Shown here in pieces: positions 13,743-28,393 of a DNA stretch of 64,000 bases. Every line of letters begins with the position of its first letter. The stretch's first letter is position 1. The notes beneath the pieces were generated by a model. The model was not told where the DNA came from. It saw only the letters and a list, made by a program, of their open reading frames with translations, and did no database searches. Source of the DNA: Escherichia coli (GTDB lineage Bacteria; Pseudomonadota; Gammaproteobacteria; Enterobacterales; Enterobacteriaceae); the NCBI RefSeq assembly GCF_003334785.1, contig NZ_QOWV01000002.1, one strand, 5' to 3'. The translations under genes were made by a program, and so were the position numbers.

Positions 13743-14393
13743 GTGCGGTGCAAAGGTTTTCTGTTTGATCTTGATGGAACGCTGGTGGATTCCCTGCCTG
13801 CGGTAGAACGGGCGTGGAGCAACTGGGCCAGACGTCATGGGTTAGCGCCGGAAGAGGTGCTGGCTTTCATTCACGGTAAACAGGCGATCACCTCTCTGCG
13901 CCATTTTATGGCGGGCAAATCCGAGGCTGATATTGCCGCCGAGTTTACGCGTCTGGAGCACATCGAGGCCACGGAAACCGAAGGTATTACCGCGCTTCCG
14001 GGGGCAATCGCCTTACTCAGTCATTTGAATAAAGCAGGTATTCCGTGGGCCATTGTGACTTCTGGCTCCATGCCGGTAGCGCGAGCGCGCCATAAAATAG
14101 CTGGGCTTCCCGCACCAGAGGTGTTTGTAACCGCTGAGCGAGTGAAGCGCGGAAAACCAGAACCTGATGCGTATCTGTTAGGCGCGCAGCTGCTGGGGCT
14201 TGCGCCGCAGGAGTGTGTGGTGGTGGAAGATGCTCCCGCTGGCGTGCTTTCTGGCCTGGCGGCGGGTTGTCATGTCATTGCGGTTAACGCTCCGGCAGAT
14301 ACCCCGCGCCTGAATGAGGTCGATTTGGTCCTCCACAGTCTGGAGCAAATTACTGTGACCAAACAGCCAAATGGCGATGTTATTATTCAGTGA
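13743..14393 (+). CDS. yfbT: HAD-superfamily sugar phosphatase YfbT (216 aa)
   Basis: HAD motif FLFDLDGTLVDS; GTG start at 13743 preceded by GAGGAGG (13731-13737); ORF track gives the upstream ATG at 13725. Confidence 0.85.
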   Translation: MRCKGFLFDLDGTLVDSLPAVERAWSNWARRHGLAPEEVLAFIHGKQAITSLRHFMAGKSEADIAAEFTRLEHIEATETEGITALPGAIALLSHLNKAGIPWAIVTSGSMPVARARHKIAGLPAPEVFVTAERVKRGKPEPDAYLLGAQLLGLAPQECVVVEDAPAGVLSGLAAGCHVIAVNAPADTPRLNEVDLVLHSLEQITVTKQPNGDVIIQ

Positions 14394-14411
14394 AACACCT
14401 GATCATGATTT

Positions 14412-14436
14412 AGCCCCGTCTCGTCGGGGCTTTTTT
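14412..14436 (+). terminator. Rho-independent terminator after yfbT
   Basis: Hairpin AGCCCCG-tctcgt-CGGGGCT followed by TTTTTT. Confidence 0.8.
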
Positions 14437-14479
14437 ATGGCAGAATCAAGTCATCCCCCTCAATTAACAAGGATAAGTT

Positions 14480-16312
14480 GTGAACGGTGAATTGATTTGG
14501 GTTCTTTCATTACTGGCCGTTGCCATCGTCTTGTTTGCGACGGGCAGAGTGCGTATGGATGCGGTCGCTTTGTTTGTTATTGTCGCGTTTGCATTAAGCG
14601 GAACGCTGACAGTCCCAGAAGTATTTTCCGGCTTTTCTGATCCTAACGTTGTCCTGATTGCCGCCTTGTTTATTATTGGCGATGGTTTGGTCCGTACCGG
14701 TGTTGCCACCGTAATGGGAACATGGCTGGTCAAAGTTGCGGGCAATAGTGAAATCAAAATGTTGGTTTTGTTGATGCTGACCGTCGCGGGGCTTGGCGCG
14801 TTTATGAGTTCAACCGGCGTTGTCGCTATCTTTATTCCCGTGGTGTTAAGCGTTGCCATGCGTATGCAAACGTCGCCGTCACGTCTGATGATGCCGTTAA
14901 GTTTTGCCGGGCTGATTAGCGGCATGATGACGCTGGTGGCGACGCCGCCGAACCTGGTAGTCAACAGTGAATTGCTGCGTGAAGGCTATCACGGCTTCAG
15001 TTTCTTTAGCGTAACACCTATTGGCCTGGTCGTGCTGGTGCTGGGTATTTTGTATATGTTAGTGATGCGTTTCATGCTGAAAGGGGATACCCAGACCCCG
15101 CAGCGCGAAGGCTGGACGCGTCGAACCTTTCGCGATCTTATCCGTGAATATCGACTGACCGGGCGTGCGCGACGTCTGGCTATTCGCCCCGGATCGCCAA
15201 TGATTGGTCAACGGCTGGATGATCTCAAATTACGTGAGCGTTATGGCGCTAACGTCATCGGTGTTGAACGCTGGCGGCGTTTTCGTCGCGTTATCGTGAA
15301 CGTTAATGGGGTTTCTGAATTTCGCGCGCGTGACGTTTTGCTTATTGATATGTCTGCGGCTGATGTCGATCTCCGGCAATTTTGTAGTGAGCAATTGCTG
15401 GAGCCGATGGTACTGCGCGGCGAGTATTTTTCTGACCAGGCCCTTGATGTGGGCATGGCAGAGATTTCATTAATTCCTGAGTCAGAACTGATTGGTAAAT
15501 CGGTGCGCGAAATTGGTTTTCGTACCCGCTACGGACTGAATGTGGTGGGGCTAAAGCGCAATGGCGTGGCGCTGGAAGGTTCGCTGGCGGATGAGCCTCT
15601 GCTGCTGGGCGATATCATCCTGGTTGTGGGTAACTGGAAACTGATCGGTATGCTGGCCAAACAGGGCCGCGACTTCGTAGCGCTGAACTTACCGGAAGAG
15701 GTGAGTGAAGCATCACCCGCGCACAGCCAGGCACCCCATGCCATTTTCTGTCTGGTGCTAATGGTGGCGTTAATGCTGACAGATGAAATTCCTAATCCTG
15801 TTGCCGCTATCATCGCCTGCCTGCTGATGGGGAAATTCCGCTGTATAGATGCTGAAAGCGCCTATAAATCCATTCACTGGCCGAGCATTATTTTGATCGT
15901 TGGGATGATGCCGTTTGCTGTGGCATTACAGAAAACGGGAGGTGTCGCGCTGGCGGTGAAAGGGCTGATGGACATTGGCGGTGGTTACGGGCCACATATG
16001 ATGCTGGGGTGTTTGTTTGTCTTGTCGGCGGTTATTGGGCTATTTATCTCTAATACCGCGACGGCGGTGTTGATGGCTCCGATTGCGCTGGCTGCTGCCA
16101 AAACGATGGGGGTGTCGCCTTATCCATTCGCGATGGTCGTGGCGATGGCAGCATCCGCCGCCTTTATGACACCGGTTTCTTCACCTGTTAACACACTGGT
16201 TTTAGGTCCGGGAAATTACAGCTTCAGTGACTTTGTGAAGTTGGGGGTACCGTTCACCATTATCGTGATGGCGGTTTGTGTGGTGATGATCCCGATGCTG
16301 TTTCCGTTTTGA
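14480..16312 (+). CDS. yfbS: Putative transporter YfbS (ion-transporter superfamily with TrkA-C-type domains, 610 aa)
   Basis: ORF 14480..16312, GTG start; hydrophobic N- and C-terminal halves with a soluble middle region. Confidence 0.88.
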
Positions 16313-16320
16313 CAAGAGCC

Positions 16321-16360
16321 TGATGTCGCATCCGGCGCTTATTGCCTGATGCGACGCAGA
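16321..16360. repeat. REP-like palindromic element between convergent yfbS and yfbR
   Basis: GTCGCATCCGGCG...GCCTGATGCGACGC inverted repeat resembling REP consensus. Confidence 0.6.
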
Positions 16361-16370
16361 CTCCGGCTGC

Positions 16371-16970
16371 TTACAGCGGTGAATCCTGGCTAATCTCATC
16401 GAGCGAAAGATGGAAGCTGGGAACAAATATTTCCATGAAGTAGTCCATCTCCTGGCTGCGACGCGCTTCAAGCGTCGCTTCCAGTCGCGTTTTTGCCAGC
16501 AAGAATTCATTATTTCCGGCCGCGAGTTCTTCCAGACATTTCAGATATGCACACAGTGCATCTGCCTGTTTCACCAGCGATTTTTCTTCATCGCTATATG
16601 CATGCTCGTCAATTAACGGCGCAAAGATATCCCGCAGCTCTTCCGGAACCATATCGACCAGTTTTTGCTGAGCGATTTTTTCAATAGCCTTGTACTCCTG
16701 AGCGATTTGCGAATTGAAGTATTTCACCGGAGTAGGGAGATCGCCGGTGAGCACTTCTGAGGCATCGTGGTACATCGCCAGTAAAGCGATACGTTCGGCG
16801 TTGACATTACCGCCAAATTTTCGATTTTTGATAGCTGCCAGCGCATGGGCGACCATCGCTACCTGCAAACTGTGTTCGGACACATTTTCCGTCCGCACGT
16901 TGCGCATGAGCGGCCAGCGGTTAATGAGTTTCAGGCGGGAGAGATGGGCAAAAAAATGGCTCTGTTTCAT
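16371..16970 (-). CDS. yfbR: HD-domain 5'-deoxynucleotidase YfbR (199 aa)
   Basis: ORF 16371..16970; HD-domain residues (H...HD) in translation; K-12 synteny. Confidence 0.9.
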   Translation of the reverse strand: MKQSHFFAHLSRLKLINRWPLMRNVRTENVSEHSLQVAMVAHALAAIKNRKFGGNVNAERIALLAMYHDASEVLTGDLPTPVKYFNSQIAQEYKAIEKIAQQKLVDMVPEELRDIFAPLIDEHAYSDEEKSLVKQADALCAYLKCLEELAAGNNEFLLAKTRLEATLEARRSQEMDYFMEIFVPSFHLSLDEISQDSPL

Positions 16971-17053
16971 AGTGACCTTACGTATGATGACATCATCAGG
17001 TCATTGTGGCGGGATAACGCTGCCGGATGCAATCTCCGGCAGTGAAATTAAGA

Positions 17054-18271
17054 TTACAGCTGATGATAACCAGAAAGGAAACGCGCGAACTTGCTCAAAG
17101 ACAGCTCGATATCATCGACACGCGGTAGCGTGACAATGCGGAAGTGATCCGGCCACGGCCAGTTGAATGCCGTCCCTTGCACCAACAGAACTTTTTCCTG
17201 CAACAGGAAATCCAGCACCATTTTCTGATCGTCGTGAATGTTAAAGCGTTTGGCGTCGATTTTCGGGAACATATACAGCGCACCACGAGGTTTCACGCAG
17301 GAAACGCCCGGAATATCGTTGATCAGTTCCCACGCGCGGTTACGCTGCTCATAAAGACGACCGCCAGGGGTAATAAATTCACTGATGCTCTGATAACCAC
17401 CTAGCGCGGTCTGAATGGCGTGTTGCGCAGGAACGTTAGCACACAGGCGCATTGAAGCCAGCATTTCCAGACCTTCGATGTAGCCTTTGGCGTGTTTTTT
17501 CGGCCCGTTCAACACCATCCACCCCTGACGGAAGCCTGCAACGCGGTACGTTTTCGACAGTCCGTTAAAGGTAATGGTCAGCAGGTCAGGTGCCAGCGGC
17601 GCAATTGAGTGATGCTCAGCGTCGTCGTAGAGAATTTTGTCATAAATTTCATCGGCGAAGATAATGAGATTATGCTGACGTGCAATCTCCACAATCTCCA
17701 TTAAAAGCTCTTTGGAATATACCGCGCCGGTTGGGTTATTTGGGTTGATAATAACGATCCCACGCGTACGAGGCGTAATTTTAGCGCGAATATCATCGAG
17801 GTCCGGGAACCAGTCAGAGGATTCATCGCAAAGATAATGCACCGCTTTACCGCTGGAAAGCGAAACCGCCGCGGTCCAGAGTGGGTAATCTGGTGCAGGA
17901 ACCAACATTTCGTCCCCGCTGTTCAGCAATGCCTGCATTGCCTGAACGATAAGCTCCGATACACCATTGCCGATGTAAATATCTTCCACGGTAACATCAC
18001 GCATGCCACGAGCCTGGTAGTGCTGCATGATGGCTTTACGCGCGGAGTAAAGACCTTTGGAATCGCAATACCCTTGAGCGGTAGGCAGGTTGCGTATCAC
18101 GTCAACGAGGATTTCATCTGGCGCGTCAAAACCGAACGGGGCTGGGTTGCCGATGTTCAGTTTCAGTACCTTGTTACCTTCTTCTTCCAGGCGTTTTGCT
18201 TCTTTCAGCACCGGACCACGGATGTCATAACAGACATTCTCTAATTTGCTGGATTTTTCAATGGGGGACAT
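17054..18271 (-). CDS. alaA: Glutamate-pyruvate aminotransferase AlaA (405 aa)
   Basis: ORF 17054..18271; class I/II aminotransferase sequence; K-12 synteny (yfbQ). Confidence 0.94.
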   Translation of the reverse strand: MSPIEKSSKLENVCYDIRGPVLKEAKRLEEEGNKVLKLNIGNPAPFGFDAPDEILVDVIRNLPTAQGYCDSKGLYSARKAIMQHYQARGMRDVTVEDIYIGNGVSELIVQAMQALLNSGDEMLVPAPDYPLWTAAVSLSSGKAVHYLCDESSDWFPDLDDIRAKITPRTRGIVIINPNNPTGAVYSKELLMEIVEIARQHNLIIFADEIYDKILYDDAEHHSIAPLAPDLLTITFNGLSKTYRVAGFRQGWMVLNGPKKHAKGYIEGLEMLASMRLCANVPAQHAIQTALGGYQSISEFITPGGRLYEQRNRAWELINDIPGVSCVKPRGALYMFPKIDAKRFNIHDDQKMVLDFLLQEKVLLVQGTAFNWPWPDHFRIVTLPRVDDIELSLSKFARFLSGYHQL

Positions 18272-19187
18272 GAATCTTGACCTTTTTTGCTGTTATCGCC
18301 ACTCCCTGCCGTGGAAGTCAGCTTAGAACAATGTACTCCCCCAGGACGGTGTTTTGAAGGTCTGCAGAATAAGATTTTGCCAGAGGGGAAGGCTCGATTG
18401 TGCTGTTAATAACTTAATAATGACAAAATAATGAGGTGTATATGCTTTACATGCAATGTTATATAGTGAATTGTTCTGATTCTTAATTGTAAGTCTGGTT
18501 TTTTTATCTGTAAGATAATTGTGTGAAAATGCCTCATTTAAGAATTCACTAATGAAACGCGATGATGATATTTCCTCATTACGGAGAGTTTAACTGCGTG
18601 ATGATTTCCGAGGTGTCGCAATGGGGGCAAGGTGTGAAACTATTGTTAAGCGGAATTAATGAATGAGGATGATGCTAATTAATTATTATTTAATATTCAA
18701 AAAGGTTTTGATGTGCTTATTAATAATAGAAGATTACTTTGCCTAACATAACATAACTTTGCATCAGATAATTCGCAATGACCCTTATAAATAAAAGGTT
18801 TTTGGGGTAAAATGCTCGGATAAATGACGGATCCCTGCTCTTGATGCCGCCTCACCATTGCTGTTGGTACGTGTTCGCGTATGACCAGCGATGCTGCACG
18901 AGAGTGGAACAAGGACTCACATTTACATTTATACAAACACGCGCATGTCATAAATAGAAAAGAGTGAGTAACTTAATAGATATGCGATCCCTGAAGATAT
19001 ATTCTGTGATCTACTTCAGGCATTATAACGGAACAATGTGAGTCGCTTTTTTAGTGCAACTCATATGCATTTTTACTTTCGTCCGGGTTCCGGATGAAAC
19101 TGCCAGGGAGGCACATTACAAATGGAATTGCTTGTTTGTGTGTGCACAGCATTAACCAGCTCAGTATGAGCCGCCAGTAAGTGATAA

Positions 19188-20129
<942 letters not shown>

Positions 20130-20174
20130 TCGACGGACGATAGATAATTCCTGAGACAATAGTGTAAAAAACGA

Positions 20175-20212
20175 GCCGCTGGGGGTGTTTTAAACCCCAG
20201 CGGCTTTTTTTT
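20175..20212 (+). terminator. Rho-independent terminator after lrhA
   Basis: Hairpin GCCGCTGGGG-gtgttttaaa-CCCCAGCGGC followed by T8. Confidence 0.85.
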
Positions 20213-20759
20213 AGTAAAAATCCTTCATCGCATAGTGCAGAACGTACAAAACTGTTCATTTTTCAACCACCAGAGATTCACGTCCCGAACGCACAAATAA
20301 TCGCCTGAAAAAAATCACCTGCTACAATGATGTTAAAAAATACGTAAATTTGTTGCTGCGTTTTTGTTATGGAATGACAAAAGCGTGTCACAGATCAAGA
20401 AAATACTCTCTTTTGGGGGGAGGAATCGACACAAATTCCTGTCAAAATAGACCCGTATTTTTTCCATTGCTTCACAACGGACACGATTCAACAACATCTA
20501 ATTATCCTGGAGTCGTCAAGGATCTGGGGTGAAAGGGCATTAAATGCTAATGGTGTTGATATTATGTAAACTAATGTGAAGAAACTTTTGTTAAAGTTGA
20601 CAAAAGGTTATAGAAAGGAGTAAAAAACCACATCAATTAGCTGTATAAAAGAATTTCTACAGTGATTGTAAGGTTTTTTTTATTCCTCCCCATGAATCGA
20701 TGTGGCGTCCATCTGCCGTGAAGAGCAGTGAATCTGGCGCTACTTTTGATGAGTAAGCA

Positions 20760-21203
20760 ATGAGTATGTCAACATCCACTGAAGTCATCGCTCATCACTG
20801 GGCATTCGCTATCTTTCTTATCGTTGCCATTGGCCTGTGTTGCCTGATGCTGGTAGGCGGTTGGTTTTTAGGCGGTCGCGCACGCGCGAGGTCGAAAAAC
20901 GTGCCGTTTGAATCCGGTATCGACTCGGTCGGCTCCGCCCGCTTACGCCTGTCCGCCAAGTTTTATCTGGTGGCCATGTTCTTCGTTATCTTCGACGTTG
21001 AAGCGCTGTATCTGTTCGCATGGTCAACCTCTATCCGCGAAAGCGGCTGGGTAGGCTTTGTGGAAGCTGCAATTTTTATTTTTGTGTTACTGGCAGGTCT
21101 GGTTTATCTGGTGCGTATTGGCGCGCTGGACTGGACGCCCGCGCGTTCACGCCGCGAGCGTATGAACCCGGAAACGAACAGTATCGCTAATCGTCAACGC
21201 TAA
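20760..21203 (+). CDS. nuoA: NADH:quinone oxidoreductase subunit A
   Basis: ORF 20760..21203 (147 aa), first gene of the nuo operon. Confidence 0.96.
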
Positions 21204-21218
21204 CCGCGAGGCATTAAG

Positions 21219-21881
21219 ATGGATTATACGCTCACCCGCATAGATCCCAACGGTGAGAACGACCGTTACCCCCTGCAAAAGCAGGAGATCGTAACCGACC
21301 CTCTGGAGCAAGAAGTTAACAAAAACGTGTTTATGGGCAAGCTCAATGACATGGTTAACTGGGGTCGTAAAAACTCAATTTGGCCGTATAACTTCGGTCT
21401 TTCCTGCTGTTACGTTGAGATGGTGACTTCGTTTACCGCGGTGCATGACGTGGCGCGTTTTGGCGCAGAAGTATTGCGTGCTTCGCCGCGTCAGGCTGAC
21501 CTGATGGTGGTTGCAGGAACCTGCTTTACCAAAATGGCACCGGTTATTCAGCGTCTGTATGACCAGATGCTGGAACCAAAATGGGTTATCTCAATGGGTG
21601 CCTGTGCCAACTCTGGTGGTATGTACGATATTTATTCCGTTGTGCAGGGCGTCGATAAATTCATCCCGGTTGATGTGTATATCCCGGGCTGCCCGCCGCG
21701 TCCTGAAGCGTACATGCAGGCACTGATGCTGTTGCAGGAATCTATCGGCAAAGAACGTCGTCCGCTCTCCTGGGTGGTTGGCGATCAGGGCGTTTATCGC
21801 GCCAATATGCAATCAGAGCGCGAACGCAAGCGCGGTGAACGCATTGCCGTAACTAACCTGCGTACACCTGACGAGATTTAA
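21219..21881 (+). CDS. nuoB: NADH:quinone oxidoreductase subunit B
   Basis: ORF 21219..21881 (220 aa); Fe-S cluster N2 cysteine motifs. Confidence 0.96.
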
Positions 21882-21974
21882 TTTGCGCCTGTCGGCAAAG
21901 GGATTTTTCTTCGCTTATTCCTAAATCTATTTCGCGAAGCTTACTGCGCCGACAGTCACCACGGACCATTTGCA

Positions 21975-23777
21975 ATGGTGAACAATATGACCGACTTAAC
22001 CGCGCAAGAACCCGCCTGGCAGACCCGCGATCATCTTGATGATCCGGTGATTGGCGAACTGCGCAACCGTTTTGGGCCGGATGCCTTTACTGTTCAGGCG
22101 ACTCGCACCGGGGTTCCCGTTGTGTGGATCAAGCGTGAACAATTACTGGAAGTTGGCGATTTCTTAAAGAAACTGCCGAAACCTTACGTCATGCTGTTTG
22201 ACTTACACGGCATGGACGAACGTCTGCGCACACACCGCGAAGGGTTACCTGCCGCGGATTTTTCCGTTTTCTACCATCTGATTTCTATCGATCGTAACCG
22301 CGACATCATGCTGAAGGTGGCGCTGGCAGAAAACGACCTGCACGTACCGACCTTCACCAAACTGTTCCCGAACGCTAACTGGTATGAGCGTGAAACCTGG
22401 GATCTGTTTGGCATTACTTTCGACGGTCACCCGAACCTGCGACGCATCATGATGCCGCAAACCTGGAAAGGTCACCCGCTGCGTAAAGATTATCCGGCGC
22501 GCGCTACCGAATTCTCGCCGTTTGAGCTGACCAAAGCCAAACAGGATCTGGAGATGGAAGCCCTGACCTTCAAACCGGAAGAGTGGGGGATGAAGCGCGG
22601 CACCGAAAACGAGGACTTCATGTTCCTCAACCTCGGTCCGAACCACCCGTCGGCGCACGGGGCTTTCCGTATCGTTTTGCAACTCGATGGCGAAGAGATT
22701 GTCGACTGCGTACCAGACATCGGTTACCACCACCGTGGTGCGGAGAAAATGGGCGAACGCCAGTCCTGGCACAGCTACATTCCGTATACTGACCGTATCG
22801 AATACCTCGGCGGCTGCGTTAACGAAATGCCTTACGTGCTGGCGGTAGAGAAACTGGCCGGGATCACCGTGCCGGATCGCGTTAACGTCATTCGCGTTAT
22901 GCTCTCCGAACTGTTCCGCATCAACAGTCACCTGCTGTATATCTCGACCTTTATTCAGGACGTCGGCGCAATGACGCCAGTGTTCTTCGCCTTTACCGAT
23001 CGTCAGAAAATTTACGATCTGGTGGAAGCAATCACTGGTTTCCGTATGCACCCGGCGTGGTTCCGTATTGGCGGCGTAGCGCACGACCTGCCGCGCGGCT
23101 GGGATCGCCTGCTGCGTGAGTTCCTCGACTGGATGCCGAAACGTCTGGCGTCTTACGAGAAAGCGGCGCTGCAAAACACCATTCTGAAAGGTCGTTCCCA
23201 GGGCGTTGCCGCCTATGGCGCGAAAGAGGCGCTGGAGTGGGGCACCACTGGCGCGGGCCTGCGTGCTACCGGGATCGACTTCGACGTGCGTAAGGCGCGT
23301 CCTTATTCTGGCTATGAAAACTTCGACTTTGAAATCCCGGTGGGTGGTGGCGTTTCTGACTGCTACACCCGCGTAATGCTTAAAGTGGAAGAGCTGCGCC
23401 AGAGTCTGCGCATTCTTGAGCAGTGCCTCAACAACATGCCGGAAGGCCCGTTCAAAGCGGATCACCCGCTGACCACGCCGCCGCCGAAAGAGCGCACGCT
23501 GCAACATATCGAAACCCTGATCACCCACTTCCTGCAAGTGTCGTGGGGTCCGGTGATGCCTGCCAATGAATCTTTCCAGATGATTGAGGCGACCAAAGGG
23601 ATCAACAGTTACTACCTGACCAGCGACGGCAGCACCATGAGTTACCGCACCCGTGTTCGTACCCCGAGCTTTGCGCATTTGCAGCAAATTCCGGCGGCGA
23701 TCCGCGGCAGCCTGGTGTCTGACCTGATTGTTTATCTGGGCAGTATCGATTTTGTTATGTCAGATGTGGACCGCTAA
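21975..23777 (+). CDS. nuoC: NADH:quinone oxidoreductase fused subunit C/D
   Basis: ORF 21975..23777; alternative start at 21987 (MTDLTAQEP) is possible. Confidence 0.95.
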
Positions 23778-23779
23778 TT

Positions 23780-24280
23780 ATGCACGAGAATCAACAACCA
23801 CAAACCGAGGCTTTTGAGCTGAGTGCGGCAGAGCGTGAAGCGATCGAGCACGAGATGCACCACTACGAAGACCCGCGTGCGGCGTCCATTGAAGCGCTGA
23901 AAATCGTTCAGAAGCAGCGTGGCTGGGTGCCGGATGGTGCGATCCACGCGATCGCCGATGTGCTGGGTATTCCGGCAAGCGACGTCGAAGGTGTGGCAAC
24001 GTTCTACAGTCAGATCTTCCGCCAGCCGGTTGGTCGCCATGTGATCCGTTATTGTGACAGCGTGGTCTGTCATATCAACGGTTATCAGGGTATTCAGGCG
24101 GCGCTCGAGAAAAAGCTGAACATCAAACCAGGGCAAACGACATTTGATGGCCGCTTTACGCTGCTGCCAACTTGCTGCCTGGGGAACTGTGATAAAGGGC
24201 CAAACATGATGATCGATGAGGACACTCACGCGCATCTGACCCCGGAAGCGATCCCTGAACTGCTGGAGCGGTATAAATGA
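23780..24280 (+). CDS. nuoE: NADH:quinone oxidoreductase subunit E
   Basis: ORF 23780..24280 (166 aa). Confidence 0.96.
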
Positions 24281-25614
24281 AAAACATTATCCGTACTCCC
24301 GAAACGCATCCGCTGACCTGGCGTCTGCGCGATGACAAACAGCCAGTGTGGCTGGACGAATACCGCAGCAAAAACGGTTACGAAGGCGCGCGTAAGGCGC
24401 TGACCGGGCTGTCTCCGGACGAAATCGTTAATCAGGTAAAAGACGCTGGTCTGAAAGGGCGCGGCGGCGCGGGCTTCTCGACTGGCCTGAAATGGAGCCT
24501 GATGCCGAAAGACGAATCCATGAACATCCGTTACCTGCTGTGTAATGCCGATGAAATGGAGCCGGGCACCTATAAAGACCGCCTGTTGATGGAGCAACTG
24601 CCGCACCTGCTGGTGGAAGGTATGCTCATCTCCGCGTTTGCGCTGAAAGCTTACCGTGGCTACATCTTCCTGCGTGGCGAATATATCGAAGCGGCAGTTA
24701 ATCTGCGCCGTGCCATTGCCGAAGCCACCGAAGCGGGTCTGCTTGGCAAAAACATTATGGGAACAGGTTTCGATTTCGAACTGTTCGTCCATACCGGGGC
24801 AGGGCGCTACATCTGCGGGGAAGAAACAGCGTTAATCAACTCCCTGGAAGGACGTCGTGCTAACCCACGCTCGAAGCCACCCTTCCCGGCAACCTCCGGC
24901 GCATGGGGTAAACCGACCTGTGTCAACAACGTCGAAACCCTGTGTAACGTTCCGGCGATCCTCGCTAACGGCGTGGAGTGGTATCAGAACATCTCGAAAA
25001 GTAAAGATGCTGGCACCAAGCTGATGGGCTTCTCCGGTCGGGTGAAAAATCCGGGACTGTGGGAACTGCCGTTCGGCACCACCGCACGCGAGATCCTCGA
25101 AGATTACGCCGGTGGTATGCGTGATGGTCTGAAATTTAAAGCCTGGCAGCCAGGCGGCGCGGGGACTGACTTCCTGACCGAAGCGCACCTTGATCTGCCG
25201 ATGGAATTCGAAAGTATCGGTAAAGCGGGCAGCCGTCTGGGTACGGCGCTGGCGATGGCGGTTGACCATGAGATCAACATGGTGTCGCTGGTGCGTAACC
25301 TGGAAGAGTTTTTCGCCCGTGAGTCCTGCGGCTGGTGTACGCCGTGCCGCGACGGTCTGCCGTGGAGCGTGAAAATTCTGCGTGCGCTGGAGCGTGGTGA
25401 AGGTCAGCCGGGCGATATCGAAACACTTGAGCAACTGTGTCGATTCTTAGGCCCGGGTAAAACTTTCTGTGCCCACGCACCTGGTGCAGTGGAGCCGTTA
25501 CAGAGCGCCATCAAATATTTCCGCGAAGAATTTGAGGCGGGAATCAAACAGCCGTTCAGCAATACCCATTTGATTAATGGGATTCAGCCGAACCTGCTGA
25601 AAGAGCGCTGGTAA
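24277..25614 (+). CDS. nuoF: NADH:quinone oxidoreductase subunit F
   Basis: ORF 24277..25614 (445 aa); 4-nt overlap with nuoE. Confidence 0.96.
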   Translation: MKNIIRTPETHPLTWRLRDDKQPVWLDEYRSKNGYEGARKALTGLSPDEIVNQVKDAGLKGRGGAGFSTGLKWSLMPKDESMNIRYLLCNADEMEPGTYKDRLLMEQLPHLLVEGMLISAFALKAYRGYIFLRGEYIEAAVNLRRAIAEATEAGLLGKNIMGTGFDFELFVHTGAGRYICGEETALINSLEGRRANPRSKPPFPATSGAWGKPTCVNNVETLCNVPAILANGVEWYQNISKSKDAGTKLMGFSGRVKNPGLWELPFGTTAREILEDYAGGMRDGLKFKAWQPGGAGTDFLTEAHLDLPMEFESIGKAGSRLGTALAMAVDHEINMVSLVRNLEEFFARESCGWCTPCRDGLPWSVKILRALERGEGQPGDIETLEQLCRFLGPGKTFCAHAPGAVEPLQSAIKYFREEFEAGIKQPFSNTHLINGIQPNLLKERW

Positions 25615-25666
25615 CCGAATTTCGATTAACGCTCAGTCTCTGACTGAGAAAACTGGAAGCATGCTA

Positions 25667-28393
25667 ATGGCTACAATTCATGTAGACGGCAAAGAATACG
25701 AGGTCAACGGAGCGGACAACCTGCTGGAAGCTTGTCTGTCTCTGGGCCTTGATATTCCTTACTTTTGCTGGCATCCGGCGCTGGGAAGTGTCGGTGCTTG
25801 CCGCCAGTGTGCGGTGAAGCAATACCAAAACGCGGAAGACACGCGTGGTCGCCTGGTGATGTCCTGTATGACACCGGCTTCCGATGGCACCTTTATTTCC
25901 ATTGACGACGAAGAAGCGAAACAGTTCCGTGAAAGCGTGGTCGAGTGGTTGATGACCAACCACCCGCACGACTGTCCGGTATGTGAAGAGGGCGGTAACT
26001 GCCATCTTCAGGATATGACTGTGATGACCGGACACAGCTTCCGTCGCTACCGTTTCACCAAACGTACCCACCGTAATCAGGATTTGGGGCCATTCATCTC
26101 TCACGAAATGAACCGCTGCATCGCCTGCTACCGCTGTGTGCGTTACTACAAAGATTACGCTGACGGTACAGATCTGGGCGTTTACGGTGCGCACGACAAC
26201 GTCTACTTCGGTCGCCCGGAAGACGGCACGCTGGAAAGCGAATTTTCCGGTAACCTGGTCGAAATTTGCCCGACCGGCGTATTTACCGACAAAACGCACT
26301 CCGAGCGTTACAACCGTAAATGGGATATGCAGTTTGCGCCGAGCATCTGCCAGCAATGTTCCATCGGCTGTAACATCAGCCCCGGTGAACGTTACGGCGA
26401 ACTGCGTCGTATCGAAAACCGTTACAACGGTACGGTAAACCACTACTTCCTCTGCGACCGTGGTCGTTTCGGTTACGGTTACGTCAACCTGAAGGATCGT
26501 CCGCGTCAGCCAGTACAGCGTCGTGGCGATGATTTCATTACCCTCAACGCCGAACAGGCAATGCAGGGCGCGGCAGATATTCTGCGTCAGTCGAAGAAAG
26601 TGATCGGTATTGGTTCTCCGCGTGCCAGCGTGGAAAGCAACTTTGCGCTGCGTGAACTGGTGGGCGAAGAAAACTTCTACACCGGTATCGCTCACGGTGA
26701 GCAGGAACGTCTGCAACTGGCGCTGAAAGTGCTGCGTGAAGGCGGCATTTATACTCCGGCTCTGCGCGAAATCGAATCTTACGATGCGGTACTGGTGCTG
26801 GGCGAAGACGTTACCCAGACCGGCGCGCGCGTCGCGCTGGCAGTGCGTCAGGCTGTGAAAGGTAAAGCGCGCGAAATGGCGGCAGCACAGAAAGTGGCTG
26901 ACTGGCAGATTGCGGCAATCCTCAACATCGGTCAACGTGCGAAGCATCCGCTGTTTGTTACCAACGTTGATGACACCCGTCTGGATGATATCGCGGCGTG
27001 GACTTACCGCGCACCGGTTGAAGATCAGGCGCGTTTAGGTTTTGCCATCGCCCATGCGCTGGATAACTCTGCACCAGCGGTTGACGGTATCGAACCTGAG
27101 CTGCAAAGCAAAATCGACGTCATCGTGCAGGCACTGGCAGGTGCGAAGAAACCGTTGATTATCTCCGGGACGAACGCCGGTAGCTTAGAGGTGATTCAGG
27201 CGGCGGCTAACGTCGCGAAAGCCCTGAAAGGTCGCGGCGCTGACGTCGGTATCACCATGATTGCCCGTTCCGTCAACAGCATGGGGCTGGGCATTATGGG
27301 TGGCGGTTCGCTTGAAGAAGCGTTAACCGAACTGGAAACCGGACGCGCCGACGCGGTGGTGGTGTTGGAAAACGATCTGCATCGTCACGCTTCTGCTATC
27401 CGCGTGAATGCTGCGCTGGCTAAAGCACCGCTGGTGATGGTGGTTGATCATCAACGCACAGCGATTATGGAAAACGCCCATCTGGTACTTTCTGCTGCCA
27501 GCTTTGCTGAAAGCGACGGTACGGTGATCAACAACGAAGGCCGCGCCCAACGTTTCTTCCAGGTTTACGATCCTGCTTATTACGACAGCAAAACTGTCAT
27601 GCTGGAAAGCTGGCGCTGGTTACACTCGCTGCACAGCACCCTGCTGAGCCGTGAAGTGGACTGGACGCAGCTCGACCATGTGATTGACGCTGTTGTGGCG
27701 AAAATCCCGGAACTGGCAGGTATCAAAGATGCTGCGCCGGATGCGACATTCCGTATTCGTGGGCAGAAACTGGCCCGTGAACCGCACCGTTACAGCGGTC
27801 GTACCGCCATGCGCGCCAATATCAGCGTTCATGAGCCGCGTCAGCCGCAGGATATTGACACCATGTTCACCTTCTCGATGGAAGGTAACAACCAGCCGAC
27901 TGCGCACCGTTCGCAAGTGCCGTTTGCCTGGGCGCCGGGCTGGAACTCCCCGCAGGCGTGGAACAAATTCCAGGACGAAGTGGGCGGCAAACTGCGCTTT
28001 GGCGATCCGGGCGTGCGTCTGTTTGAAACCAGCGAAAATGGTCTGGATTACTTCACCAGCGTACCGGCACGCTTCCAGCCGCAGGACGGGAAATGGCGTA
28101 TCGCGCCGTATTACCACCTGTTTGGCAGCGATGAATTGTCACAGCGTGCTCCGGTCTTCCAGAGCCGTATGCCGCAGCCGTACATCAAACTCAACCCAGC
28201 GGATGCCGCGAAGTTGGGTGTGAACGCAGGTACACGCGTCTCCTTTAGTTACGATGGCAACACGGTCACGCTGCCGGTTGAAATCGCCGAAGGACTGACG
28301 GCAGGGCAGGTGGGCTTGCCGATGGGTATGTCCGGCATTGCTCCGGTGCTGGCTGGCGCGCATCTTGAGGATCTCAAGGAGGCACAACAATGA
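25667..28393 (+). CDS. nuoG: NADH:quinone oxidoreductase subunit G
   Basis: ORF 25661..28393; start placed at [13 protein letters not shown] (25667). Confidence 0.95.

Noticed and set aside
18697-18951. 84-aa minus-strand ORF in the alaA-lrhA intergenic region
   Set aside because: AT-rich chance ORF with an implausible composition and no SD; more likely part of the UTR/regulatory region.
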